This document shows positions 23,523-36,589 of a stretch of 64,000 nt of DNA, piece after piece. This DNA is from Mobula hypostoma (lineage: Eukaryota). Within the stretch, counting starts at the first letter, position 1. Every line of letters begins with the position of its first letter. The stretch covers positions 150,476,001 through 150,540,000 of the forward strand of contig NC_086097.1 in assembly GCF_963921235.1 (NCBI RefSeq), in the 5' to 3' direction. A program made the position numbers and the translations under genes. The notes under the pieces were generated by a model. It worked only from the letters and a program-made list of their open reading frames with translations, did not search any database and had not been told where the DNA came from.

Positions 23523-26500
23523 GTAAGGGAGAAATACAAAGAGATCTAGCAGTACTTGTTCATCAGTTTGTGAAGGTGAATGAGCAAGTGCAGCAGGCAG
23601 TGAAGAAGGCTAACGAAATGTTGGCCTTTATTACAAAGGGAATGGAGTACAAGAGCAAGGAAATCCTTTTGCATTTGTACAGGGCCCTGGTGAGACCACA
23701 CCTGGAGTATTGTGTGCAGTTTTGATCTCCAGGGTTAAGGAAGGACATCCTGGCTGTGGAGGAGGTGCAGCGTAGCTTCACTAGGTTAATTCCTGGGATG
23801 TCCGGACTGTCTTACGCAGAGAGGTTAGAGAGACTGGGCTTGTACATGCTGGAATTAAGGAGATTGAGGGGGGATCTGATTGAGACATACAAGATTATTT
23901 AGGGATTGGACAAGATAGAGGCAGGAAATATGTTCCAGATGCTGGGACAGTCCAGTACCAGAGGGCATGGTTTAAGAATAAGGGGTAGGTCATTTAGGAC
24001 AGAGTTGAGGAGGAACTTCTTCTCCCAGAGAGTTGTGGAGGTGTGGAACGCGCTGCCTCAGAAGGCAGTGGAGGCCATTCTCTGGATGCTTTCAAGAAGG
24101 AGCTAGATAGGTATCTTATGGATAGGGGAATCAGGGGTTATGGGGACAAGGCAGGAACCGGGTATTGATAGTAAATGATCAGCCATGATCTCAGAATGGG
24201 GGTGCAGGCTCGAAGGGCCGAATGGTCTACTTCTGCACCTATTGTCTATTGTCTATTGAAAATGCAGGTGTTGTACCTGTCCCTGCCATTGATACAAAAA
24301 TTGCCGCCCTTTCATGTTATTAAAAGATGTTTAATTGTTTCAGTTGTTCATGTAGGTGTTATCTGTTGTTGAGCTAGTCCTTCCTGCTTCCTTTACTGTT
24401 GGTGTTCTGCTAATATCAATTCTGTTGTTATTTTACCAATTGTTGATACAAATAATTATGTGATCTCAGTGGTCTGGTGTAACTGTTGCTTCTATTTGCT
24501 GCTGGAGTAGATTTTACTGGTAACGTTTTCCTTATTTACTTCAGCCTTTCCGATGTGCTCTCTGCCACTACTCCTGTAACATGGCTGGGTCACTGAAGAG
24601 ACATTACCACAAGAAACACCCCAATGATGAATATGTCAATGCTGGGACTGGTGTGCTCGCTCAGGAGAGTGTGGCGCAACAAGGTATCTGGAGTTTGAAA
24701 TACTGCATGTTGCTTAAAGAAACATTAATCACTGTAATATTTTTACGTTGTGATTTAATTTTCCATGCGACATCATCAGTGAAGGTTCTTTGACCTGAAA
24801 TGTTAACTCTATTTCTCTTTGCACAAATGCAGCCTGACCCAAGCAGTTTTTCTTTGGCATTTCATGATTTTGTTTCAGCATGCCACTTGCTCGCTTTTAC
24901 ACAGAACATAAGATCACAGCACAGCAACAAGCCATTTGGCCCACAGTGCTGTGCCAAACCAACTGAAAACAAAAATCAGAAACACCCAAACACTAATCCC
25001 TCCTACCTACACCATGTCCATATCCCTCCATCTTCCTTACATCCATGTGCCTATCTAAACATCTCCTAAAAGCCTCTAATGTATTTGCCTCTGCCACCAT
25101 ACCAGGCAGCACATTCCAATCATCCACGGCTTTCCAAGAAAAAACTTACCCCTCGCACCCGACTTGAGCCTACATTAATGCCCTCTATTATTGGACATTT
25201 CATCCCTGGGAAACAGATACTCTCTGTCCACTCTATCTATGCCTCTCATAAACCTATTAGGTCTCCCCTCCACCTCCGACATGCCAAAGAAAACACCCCA
25301 AGTTTATCCAGCCTCTCATGATAGCACATGCCCTCGAAACCAGGCGGCATCCTGGTGAACCTGTTCTTCACCCTCTCCAAAGCCTCAACACTCAACACCC
25401 TTCCTATAGCGGGACAACCAGCATGGTATGCAATACTCCAGATGTGGCCTAACCAGAATTTTATAAAGTTGCAACACAAATCTTCCTTCCTGGCATTCAA
25501 GAATCCCTGGCCAGATTTTGTACTTCTATCCATACTGGTTGTCTTCCATGTCTTGTTGACACTGGTTGAATATCCTGTTTCTGTGGATTGGCTTTTATTC
25601 ATATGTAACTTGTGATTAGTAACATCAGATTTAAAAAGCAAGTGGACCTGTCAGGACTTTCTGCAGAGTCTAACATCCCTTGGGTTATTAGGCACTTGTC
25701 AAGGGCCAATAAAAAGAGGTTAAACCAATAAAAAGGAGAGGTTTTTGTGTGAGGCTTGACACTAGCACCTGGTAGTGTGAGAGAGAGGACAGAGTTAGAG
25801 TGGGAACTGAGGTTTTGGCTCAAGGTGCTTTGGCAAGAGAGGTGGAGGCTTGGTTGAGGTTTGTCAGTTTTCTGTTTCTCTCTTTATCAGTGCCTAACTT
25901 GAGTTGTGAGAATGGATCCCAGGGCAGTGGTGTGCTCCTCTTCTGGGAGATTTGGGCAACCTCCAGTCTTTTTGATTGCTACAGCTGCAAGAACTGCATC
26001 TGGGTGCAACTCCCTACAGATCATGTTAGAGAACTGGAGCTGGGTGACCCGTGCCTCATTTGGGAGAATAATCAGTTGAGAGATAGGAGCTACAGGGAGG
26101 CAGTTACACTTGCATTGCAGGAGACAGGTAGCTGGGTGACTGTCAGGAGAGGGAAAGGGAATAGGCAGACAGTGCAGAGAACTCCTGTGGCCATTTTCCT
26201 CAATCACAAGTAGTACCACCTTGGATACTGGTCCGGGGGACAACCTACCAGGGAAAGCTGCAGCAACTACAGTTCAGATGGGAAGAGGGCAAGAAGAGGA
26301 GAGTGATGATGTTGGGAGATTCAGTTGTTAGGGTACAGACAGGAGATTCTTTGGAAATGAAAAATACTCCACATGATGATATATTGCATGTCAGGTGCTA
26401 GCATCAGGGACATCTTGGATCAGGACCACAGCATTCTGAAGAGCAGAGATGAGCAGCCAGAAATTGTGATACCAACGACATAGGTAGGAAAAGAGATGAG

Positions 26501-28604
26501 GTCCTGAAGTGTGAATATAGGGGTTAGGTAGGACGCTAAAATGCGTGCCTCAGGTGTGGCATCTCAAGGGCGATGCCTGTGCCAAGCACCAGTGAGGGTA
26601 AGAATAGGATGATATGGCAGATGAAGAATTGGTGCAGCGGGGCAGCGTTTAAGATTTGTGGATCATTGGGGCTCTTCTGGGGAAAGTATGACCTGTACAA
26701 AAAGGATGGGTTACACCTCAACTTGAAGGGAACCAATATCCTTGTAGGCAGGTTTGCTAGAGTTGTTGGGCAGGTTTTAAAGTAGGTTGACCTGGGTTAG
26801 GAACTGGACTGATAGGTTGGAGGATGGAGTAGACGGTGTACAGGTAGATGCAACATGTAGACACATGTAGAGAGTCTGTGGGGACGGATAGGCAGTGGGG
26901 AGAGCATATTTGCACTCAGTTGGATGGGTTGAAATGTGTCTTATTTTAATGCAAGAAGTCTCAGGAACAAGATGATGAACTTAGAGCATGGATCAGTACA
27001 TGGAACTACAACATTCTGGCCATTCTGGCTGTCACAAGGGGAGGATGGCTGCTGGATGCCTCTGGCTCTAGATATTTCAAAATGACAGGGGTAGCGGAGT
27101 GGCATTGCAAATCAGTAGTAGTATCACAACTACAGAAAGGGAGAACGTTGTGGAGGCATCATCTACTGAGTGGATGTGGATGGAAGTCAGAAACAAGAAG
27201 GGAACACACACTTTTGGGAGTGTTCTATAGAATCCCGAGTAGTAACAAATTTCCGGAAAGTGCAGAAATACCAGGGTTATTGTTATGGGTAACTTGGACT
27301 TACCTAGTATTGTTTGGCACCTCCTTACTGCAGAAGTTTTAGGGCGGCAGAATTTATTAGGTATGTCCAGGAAGAAGTCCTGACACATTACGCAGACAGG
27401 TCGACTGAGAAGCGAGTACTAGTGGATTGAGTACAAAACAATGAATGAAATCAAGGAATGGATCTCGTAGTGTGTGACATTTGGGAGACAATATAGAAAA
27501 CTAATTAATTGGGGGGGAGGGTGAATTATGATGCGATTGGGCAGGAATTTAGGAGCATTAATTGGGAAAGGATATACTTGGAAAATGTGCAGTGGGCATG
27601 TTTAAAAATTAAATATTTAAAGTAAATTTATTATCGAAGTACATATGCGTCACCATATACAAACCTGAGATTTGTTTTCTTGTGGGCATACTCAGTAAAT
27701 CCAAGTATCATGAAGGACCACACCCAAGAGGGCAGTCAAACAACCAGTGTGCAAAAGACAACAAACTGTGCAAAGGCAAAAGAGAAAGTAAAAATAATAA
27801 ATAAATAAATAAATAAATAGACATTAAGTATTGAGAACATGAGATGAAGAGTCTTTGAAAGTGAGTCCATAGGTTCATGGGAATAGTTAAGTGATGCAAC
27901 AAGTGAATTTATCCCCACTGGTTCAACAGTCCAAAGGTTGAGGGATAATAACCATTCCTGAACCTGGTAGTGTGAGTCTTGAGACTCCTGCACCGTCTTC
28001 CTAATGACAGCGCAAGAAGAGAGCATGACCTGGGTGCTGGGGTCCCTGATGATGAATGCTACTTTCCTGTGACAACGTTTCTTGTAGATGTGCACAGTGG
28101 AGGGGAGGGCTTTATCTATGATGGATTGGGTCAAATCCACTACTTTTTGTAGGATTTTCTGTTCAAAGGCATTGGTGCTTCCATATCAGGGGATGATGCA
28201 GCCAGTCAATATACTGTCTACCACACATCTATAGAAGTTTGTTGAAGTATTAGCTGGCATGCGAATCTTCACAAACTTCTAAGGAAGTAGAGGTACTTCA
28301 TAATTGCATTTACGTACTGGGCCCAGGAAAGTTCCTCTGAAATGATAACACTGGGGAATTTAAAGTTGCTGATCCTCTCCACCTTTGGTACCCTGATGAG
28401 GACTGACTCATGGACCTCAGATTTCCTCCTCCTGAAGTCAATATTCAGCTCTTGGTTGAGCTGACATTGAGTGAGAGGTTGTTGTGGCACCACTCAGCCA
28501 GATTTTCGGTCGCTCTCCTATATGCTGATACATAGCATTTTCATAGGGCCCTGGTTTGGTTTGTCCAATTGAAGAAGGCAAAGGATGGTAGAGAGAAGGT
28601 ACAA
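23519..28604. repeat. Right arm of inverted duplication (the part whose partner is visible in this window)
   Basis: About 5.09 kb mirror of the left arm with an empty LTR site (single CTAT at 25051-25054); only about 7 substitutions noticed by eye. Confidence 0.97.
24545..24683 (+). pseudogene. ZFAT: Duplicated, inverted copy of ZFAT exon C (orphan)
   Basis: Reverse complement of 13027-13165 with intact splice sites; no upstream ZFAT exon found on the plus strand. Confidence 0.85.
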
Positions 28605-29607
28605 CGGTTGACAAGAGATGTAGAACATGTAGTCAAGAGGAAGAAAAAAATATACTTAAGGTTTAAAATATTAATTTCCAGATAGCAATTTCTCCCAGTT
28701 CTTTGTTCTGTTTCCTCCCTCAATCAACAATGTCAAGAACATTTATTTCATTGTTGCTGAAGGCAAGTTGTATTTACAGTCCAAAAGTAATTCACTTTCT
28801 TGGAACTCTTTTTTAGTGTGTCTTATAAGTTTAAAGAACACAGTATCGATTCTTCGGCCCACAATGCTGTGCCAACCTTTTAACCTACTCCAAGATCAAG
28901 GTAACCCCTCTCTCACTCCCACATAGCACTCCATTTCTCTGTTATTCATGTACCTATCCAAGAATCTCTTAAGTGTCCCAACCACCAGCCATGGCAGTGT
29001 GTTCCATGAACTTAGCACTCTTTGTGTTTTAAAAAAAACTCCCTCAAACATAGCCCCATTCACCTTAAAATTATCCCCTTTCATATTAACACAACACACA
29101 CAAAATGCTGGAGGAACTCAGCAGGCCTGGCAGCATCTATAGAAAAGAGTACAGTTGACGTTTCAGGCTAAGACCCTTCAACAGGACTCTTTCATATTAG
29201 CCAGTTCTACCATGGGAAAAGGTGCTGGATCTCCACTCTACCTAGGCCTCTTATCATCTGATACATGTGACAGAAATAAACCAAGTTGCCAATTTTCATG
29301 TTTTTTCAACTTACTAATCATACCTGTCACCCTCAATGCATATAATAAACAGCAATACTGTTCCTGGTTCTGAACGTTCCCACGATGTTTCTGATGATTG
29401 TTCATTAGCCTGAAATAGCAACATTTCCTCTTTATTTTGCACACTTTCAGAATGTTTTAGTCTGAAATTTTAAAATTTTTCATTTGGCTTCACCCCTATC
29501 TCTGTATTTTGTGTAATTTTACAGTTTTACTGTTGAATATGTTACCTTTCCACATATCAGCAGCTTTAACTCTGAGAAGTTTGCATTCCAGTTAGAGAAA
29601 GCTGACT

Positions 29608-32600
29608 TCCTAACCCATATTTTTCTAGTACTTTAAATAAAAAATCCCATTCTAATCTATTAAATGCTTTTTCTGCATCCAAAGCTACTACTATACTCTT
29701 CTTATCCCTTTTTTGTGCCAAATGAATTATACTGAGTAGCCGAGTTACATTATCTGCCAATTGTCTATTTTTAATAAATCCTGTTTGATCCATATGTATT
29801 AATTTTGGTAAATATTTAGATAATCTATTCGATAAAATTTTTGCTATTATTTTATAATCCGTATTCAATAAAGAAATAGGCCTATATGATGCTGGTTTCA
29901 TAGGATCTCTGTCTTTTTTTGGCAATACTATTACAATCACTGTTGAAAAAGATTCTGGAAGTTTATGTATTTTTTCTGCTTGACGTATTAGTTCCATAAA
30001 AAGAGGAAATAATAAATCTTTAACTTTTTTATAAAATTCAGGTGGAAAACCATCTTCTCCTGGAGATTTATTACTTTGGAGTGATCCCAAAGCTTCTTCA
30101 ACTTCTTTTAATGTAAAAGGCATATCTAATCCCTTCTGTTCTTCCAAATTCAATTTTGGAAGAGAAACTTGTGATAAAAACCTTTCTATCTCATTAACAT
30201 CATTTTGGGATTCTGTTTGATATAATTCAGAATAGAAATTTTTAAAAGTTTTATTTATTTCAAGAGGTTTATAAGATATTTTATTTGCCCTTGTTCTAAT
30301 TGCATTTATTGTTTTGGAAGCTTGTTCTGTTTTCAACTGCCAGGCAACAATTTTATGTGCTCTCTCACCTAACTCATAATACCTTTGTTTAGTTCTTATA
30401 ATTGCTTTTTCCGTTCTATATGTCTGAAGCGTATTATATTGTAACTTCTTATTGACAAGTTGTTTTCGTTTTTCTTCTGACATATATCTTTGAGATTCTT
30501 TTTCTATTTTTGTAATCTCTTTTTCCAATTGATCTAGTTCTGCCATATATTCTTTCTTAATTTTAGACGTATAACTTATTATCTGGCCCCTAAGATATGC
30601 TTTCATCGCATCCCATAATATAAATTTATCATCCACTGAATGAAAATTTGTATCCAAAAAAAATTGAATCTGCTTTTTCATAAAATCACAAAAATCTTGA
30701 TGTTTTAATAATGTTGAATTAAATCTCCATCTATAAGCCACTTCTTCCATATCAGCCATTATTATTGTCATTAATAAAGGGGAATGATCTGATAATATTT
30801 TTGCTTTATATTCCATATTTTTCACTCTGTGTTGAATATGCATTGATAATAGAAACAAATCTATCCTTGAGAAAGTTTTATGTCTATGGGAGCAGAACGA
30901 ATAGTCTCTTTCTTTAGGATTGATTCTTCTCCATATATCAATCAGATTTAAATCCTTCATCAATGATAAAGTTAAATTTACTGCCTTCGATTTTATAACA
31001 GCCTTGGTTGATCTATCTAAGACTGGGTCTAAGCAAAAATTAAAGTCTCCTCCAATTAATATTTTTTCATGCGCATCCGCCAAATTCAGAAAAGCTTCTT
31101 GTATGAATTTTGCATCATTTTCATTTGGTGCATAAATGTTCATAGAAGTCCATAGTTCAGAGAAAAGTTGACAATGTATAATCACATATCTCCCCGCAGA
31201 ATCAATTATTACATTTTGTATTCTAATTGGTAACGTTTTATTGATCAAAATTGCTACTCCCCTCGCTTTTGAATTAAATGAAGCCGCAACAACACTACCC
31301 ACCCAATCTCTATTTTTTTATTTAAAGTACTAGAAAAATATGGGTTAGGAACATCTTTTATAAATTGGATTAAAATTTTAAATTCTAACCCTAAAGCTAA
31401 AGTGGTGACAAACTCTCAAATTTCAACACCATTCCAGTTAAAAAGGTCAACTAGACAAGGTTGTCCACTATCACCTGCTTTATTTGTATTGGCGATAGAG
31501 CCATTAGCAGAATTAATTAGAATTGATCCAGATATTATGGGTTTTAGAGTTAATCAGGAGGAATATAAAATTAATCTTTTTGCCGATGATGTTTTGATCT
31601 ATTTAACAAATCCACAATATTCATTACATAAATTATCTTCTAGATTGGATGAATATGGGAAGGTATCAGGTTACAAAATAAATTGGGATAAAAGTGAAAT
31701 TTTACCTCTTACTAACGGAGACTATAGTCAATGTCGATTAGTAACCCAATTTAGATGGCCGGTAAATGGTATTAAATATTTAGGTATAAGACTTGATAAT
31801 GATCTAAAGAATTTATATAAATTTAATTATTTACCACTATTGAAAAAAATTCAAAAAGATCTTGACAAATGGATGATATTACCAATAACATTAGTAGGTA
31901 GAGTCAATGTTGTAAAAATGAATATATTTCCTAGATTACAGTATCTGTTTCAAACACTACCAATACAATTGCCACAGAAATTTTTTCAAGAGTTAAATAA
32001 ATGTGTGAGAAAATTTCTTTGGAAAGGTAAAATGTCAAGAATATTATTGGAAAAATTGACATGTAAATTTGGGTTAGGAGGGTTACAACTTCCAAACTTT
32101 AAAAACTATTATAAAGCAAATCAACTTAGATTTATTGCATCTTTCTTCGATGATCGAAAACCAGCATGGATTAAAATAGAACTAGACAAGATAGGAGAAC
32201 ATAGACCTGAAGATTTTATATATAAATGGGATTCTAAATTGATACGGGAAAAGAAAGAATCTCCTATACTAACACATTTGATTGATCTATGGAATAAGAT
32301 AAATGTTGATAATGAAACACAGAAATCTCTATTAGCAAGGAGACCTTTGTTCCAAAACAGACTTATTCCTTTTACAATGGACAATCAACTTTTATATAAT
32401 TGGTACCAAAAAGGGATTAAATTCATAGGATATTGTTCTGAACGAGGTATATTGAGGTCATTTGAACAATTAAAGGACAAATATAAAATATCTAATAATA
32501 CTTTCTTTTGTTACTTTCAATTAAGGGCTTACTTAAAAGGTAAGCTGGGTCAAACAATGTTTTTGCCAAAACCTAATGAAATTGAAATTTTAATTCAAAA

Positions 32601-33515
32601 AGGGAAAATTTAAAAATTTATTTCTTGTATGTATAATTTGATTCAAGAACAGACAATTAAACAAGGAACCCATAAGTCAAAGCAAAAATGGGAAACAGAT
32701 CTGAATATTATTATTGATGAAACAAATTGGTCAAGACTTTGTCTTGACAGTATGACAAATACAATAAATGTTCGACTTAGATTAGTACAATATAATTTTT
32801 TACATCAATTATATATTACACCGCAAAAAGTAAATAGATTAAATTCAAATTTATCTGATAAATGTTTTCGGTGTAATCAAGAAATTGGTACTTTTTTACA
32901 TTCTACTTGGTCTTGTTTTAAAATTCAACCCTTTTGGATAAATTTAAGAATCTTATTGGAACAAATTACTGCAATCCAACTTCCACATAACCCTATATTA
33001 TTTTTGTTAGGTGATATTGAAGGGATAAAACCGAAACTTAAATTGAATAAATATCAGAAAGAATTTATAAAAATTGCATTGGCAGTAGCTAAGAAGACTA
33101 TAGCAGTTACTTGGAAATCTGATTCGTATTTAAGTATGGATCGTGGGAATAATGAAATGGCTAGTTCTATTCCACTCGAAAAAATTACTTATAATTTAAG
33201 AGATAAATATGTAACATTTTTGAATATTTGGCGCCCTTATTTACAAAAGATAGGATGGCATATTTAAGTGCTCTGATAAAGACTTTGGTCACTTGGGGAA
33301 AGTAACGAATAATTATACCAAATTCATTTTGAATCCCATGGAGCATGTGGAAACCTTCCAATAACCAGGCGGTTCTTTTCTTTTTTTTCTTTTTTTTTAA
33401 TTTTTCTTTCTTTTTAGGTAGGACTATATATGGGGGGGGGGGAGGGTAGATTCTTTTCTTTTTTTCATGTATTCTTTTTGAAAATTCAATAAAAATTATA
33501 TTCCCAAAAAAAAAA
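29608..33515. mobile_element. L1-clade LINE with 5' inversion (29608-31311 minus, 31312-33515 plus)
   Basis: APE endonuclease plus RT N-half on minus (NIYAPN, GGDFN, SDH); RT C-half (FADD) and Cys-rich domain on plus; poly(A) 33506-33515; TSD gaaagctgact at 29597-29607 and 33516-33526. Confidence 0.93.
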
Positions 33516-34869
33516 GAAAGCTGACTCATTGGGAGGTGGCTGAATTTAACAGTAATATATCACCCAGTAGCGCGTTGAACACTGCTCAAAAATGCAGACT
33601 GAGTGATTGGCCTGGAGGATTGTTATAAATATCAACTGTAACAAAAGCTGCTCTGTATTCGATCTGATGAGCTCAGTGAAAAGGAACATATCTCAAGGAA
33701 TTGCTTCATTCTTTGGAACTGATATCTTAGTTCCTTGGAAATGAAAAGCTGTCAAGTCTGCTGCCTTTAATATCACCTGGCTTACCATTAAAGAGGTGCA
33801 CCACTAGATCAGCTACTGTACATAAATACCGTGACTCACCTAAAATCCTTTCCATCATCTGAAAGGCACTAGTCATAGTTTTTTTGGGAATACTTCCTTC
33901 TTGCTTGATGAGTGCAGCTCCAACACCAGTCAAGGCGGACAGAACAGCCCACTTGATTAGTACCCCATTTATGACTCTAAACATTTATTCCCTCCACCTG
34001 CTGTGCACACTGGCTGCAATGAGCAGCACTTGCAAAATGCAGCGCAGTTATTTGCCATGGCTAACCCGTTAACACTCCCCAGAACCGTGACTTATCACCA
34101 AGAAGTGCATGGGCAGCAGACTCACGGGAGCACCACTACCTCCAGTTACTGTCCATATCACAACATCCTGACCTGGGAATGCTTTGCCAGCCCTTCCTTG
34201 TCACTGGTCTAAACTTCTCACCGGCAGTGATGTGGGAATACTTCCACCATATTACTCCTTCAATGCCCTAGTAATACGTGAGCCATTGAAGGAATACAAT
34301 AAAGATTCCTTGACTGGTTCCAGGGATGGCAGCTTTGACAAATGAGGAGAGCTTGTATAGTTTTAACCTGAATTCTGTAGAACTTTGGAATAATGACAGA
34401 TTATCTCATTGAAAATTCACAATGCCAAATCCCCTTAAGATGCTAAGAACGTAGAGGCACCAACATGCTTTCTGAACCTACAGCATGATTGCATCAACGT
34501 TCTGAGCCCAGAACAGGTCATCCAAGATGTTAACACTCAGGAGTTAGAGTGTCTCCACCACTGACCCACCAAAGAGAACGACCATGTGGTCTCCCTGCTC
34601 CCCCTTTCTGAAGTCAGTGACTAACTCCTTAGTTTTCACTTCTTTGATTCCTATGTTGTGTCGTATCTCCATCTTCACAAGTCTTCTATAAAGTATTATC
34701 AAGCTGTCCTTCCAATGTGAGTGTCTACTCTACCCACTTCCAAGGAACAATTGAAGTGCTGAATATGAATGGAAATGCAAGGCAGTTGAAATGGGAAATT
34801 GTTTCCAGCTGTGAACCCTGAATTCCTGCAGAATCTGGTTAAATGTTATATAAACAGCAACATATTGTT

Positions 34870-35530
34870 TCTTCTTTATTTTTGTTAATTTTTTATGCAT
34901 TTCTACAATACAGCAACAGAAAAAAACCATCAACAAAATGGAGATTTATACAGTGCAAAACAAACGTGTCCAATATATAATTCATAACAATAAGGAAAAA
35001 GCAACCAAAACAATATCATATAAAATTAGTGTCCTCCCCAACCTCCCACTATAAAACCCCAGGCCAACCATTTCTATGTATAAAAGAAAAATTAATCGGA
35101 GCATTCAACCCCACAGAGCTGTAAATATATATAAAAAAAGAAAATATAATGCCGACTATCAAAACTATAATGTAATTCACAACAAAAAAACGTAAAACTT
35201 ACAGGAAAAAAAGCTGAAAGTAAGGGATTGTAGTACAAAAAAAAGGATAAGCTTAATCTAACGAGGAGTTATGAAAGTATTCAAGAAAAGGACCCCACAC
35301 CTTATGAAACTTTACGTCCGAATTAAGAAGTAAATAATGAATCTTTTCAAGGTCTAAGCAGGACATAATATCACTAAGCCATTGAGCATGAGTGGGTGGG
35401 GCAGCATCTCTCCACCTAAGAAGAACTAACCGTCTAGCCAAGAGAGAGGCAAAAGATAATGTTCAACGTTTAGTCAGACTCAAGTACATCTCTACTTCAC
35501 CCAAGGTGCCAAAAAGAGCAATCAGAGGGT
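34870..35530 (-). mobile_element. 3' end of a different L1-clade family
   Basis: LARRLVLLRWRDAAPPTHAQWLSDIMSCLDLEKI...FHKVWGPFL, then a T-rich 3'UTR. Confidence 0.72.
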
Positions 35531-35589
35531 TTCTTAAATGCTATCAACTCTTACAGTTAATTCTAAATTCTAAACGGGAATGTCCAAAA

Positions 35590-36220
35590 ATCAGAGGTGC
35601 AAAGAGACTAGGGGGACCACGTGCAGGATTCCCAAACGTTAACTTGCAAGTTGAGTCAGTGGAAAGGTAGGCAAATGCAATGTTGGCATTCATTCCAAGA
35701 GGACAAGAATATAAAAGCAAGGATGTAATGTTGAGGCTTTATTAGAGATTGCTCAGACCACACTAGGAGTGAGCAGTGTTGGACCCCTTATTGAAGAAAA
35801 GATGTGAAGGCATTGGAGAGGGTCCAGAGGAGGTTCACAAGAATGATTCCAGGATCGAAAGGGTTAATGTATGGGAAGCATTTGATTGCTCTGGGCTTGT
35901 ACTAGTTGGAATTTAGAAGAATGAGGGGGATCTCATTGAAACCTATCAAATATTGAAAGGCCTGAACAGAGTGGATGTGGGGAGGATGTTCCCCATAGTA
36001 GGTGAATCTAAGACTGGGGGCACAGCCTCAGAATAAAGGGACTTCCTAGTTATTGGATATATTTAAGGTGGAGGTTAATAAGTTCTTGATTAGTCAAAGG
36101 TTATGGGGAGAAGTCAAGAGAATGGGGTTAAGAGGGATAATAAATCGGACATGGTGGAACGACAGAGCACACTCAATGAGCCGAAAGGCCTAATTCTGCT
36201 CTTATATCTGATGGTCTTAA
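35590..36220 (+). mobile_element. CR1 3' fragment
   Basis: VNLQVES..ANAMLAF..., gggggatctcattgaaacc, and CR1 3'UTR. Confidence 0.8.
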
Positions 36221-36403
36221 TTTTCAGAGTTTTTCACATTAAATTAGCATTTAATTCTCAGTCATTCTGAATGTAATATTGAAAGTCACCGATCATTGAA
36301 GTCAGGGTGCACAAAACTGGTTAATGACATTTTGGAGTTTCAAAGGTAGCTAGAGTATTAGAAGATTTTTTTGAAAGAAAATTAATTTCCTCTCTCTTAT
36401 AAG

Positions 36404-36525
36404 GTGGTGTAAAGTGTCCGGTCTGCAGTTTTGTTTATGGTACCAAATGGGAGCTGAACAGACACCTGAAAAACAAACATGGATTGAAGATTGTGGGCAG
36501 CATAGAAGGCGAAGCCATAGAACAG
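36404..36525 (+). pseudogene. ZFAT: ZFAT exon 'D' in the inverted duplicate: (G)GVKCPVCSFVYGTKWELNRHLKNKHGLKIVGSIEGEAIEQ
   Basis: tataag acceptor, gtactt donor; 122 nt, phase 1/0; matches recalled ZFAT GLKCPVCSFVYGTKWEFNRHLKNKHGLKVV. It is on the opposite strand to exons A-C, so duplicate status is inferred. Confidence 0.82.
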
Positions 36526-36589
36526 GTACTTACTTAACTCTCCTCTGAAGATGCTACATCTTACGAAGTTCTGGCTCTTGTGCTTGATT

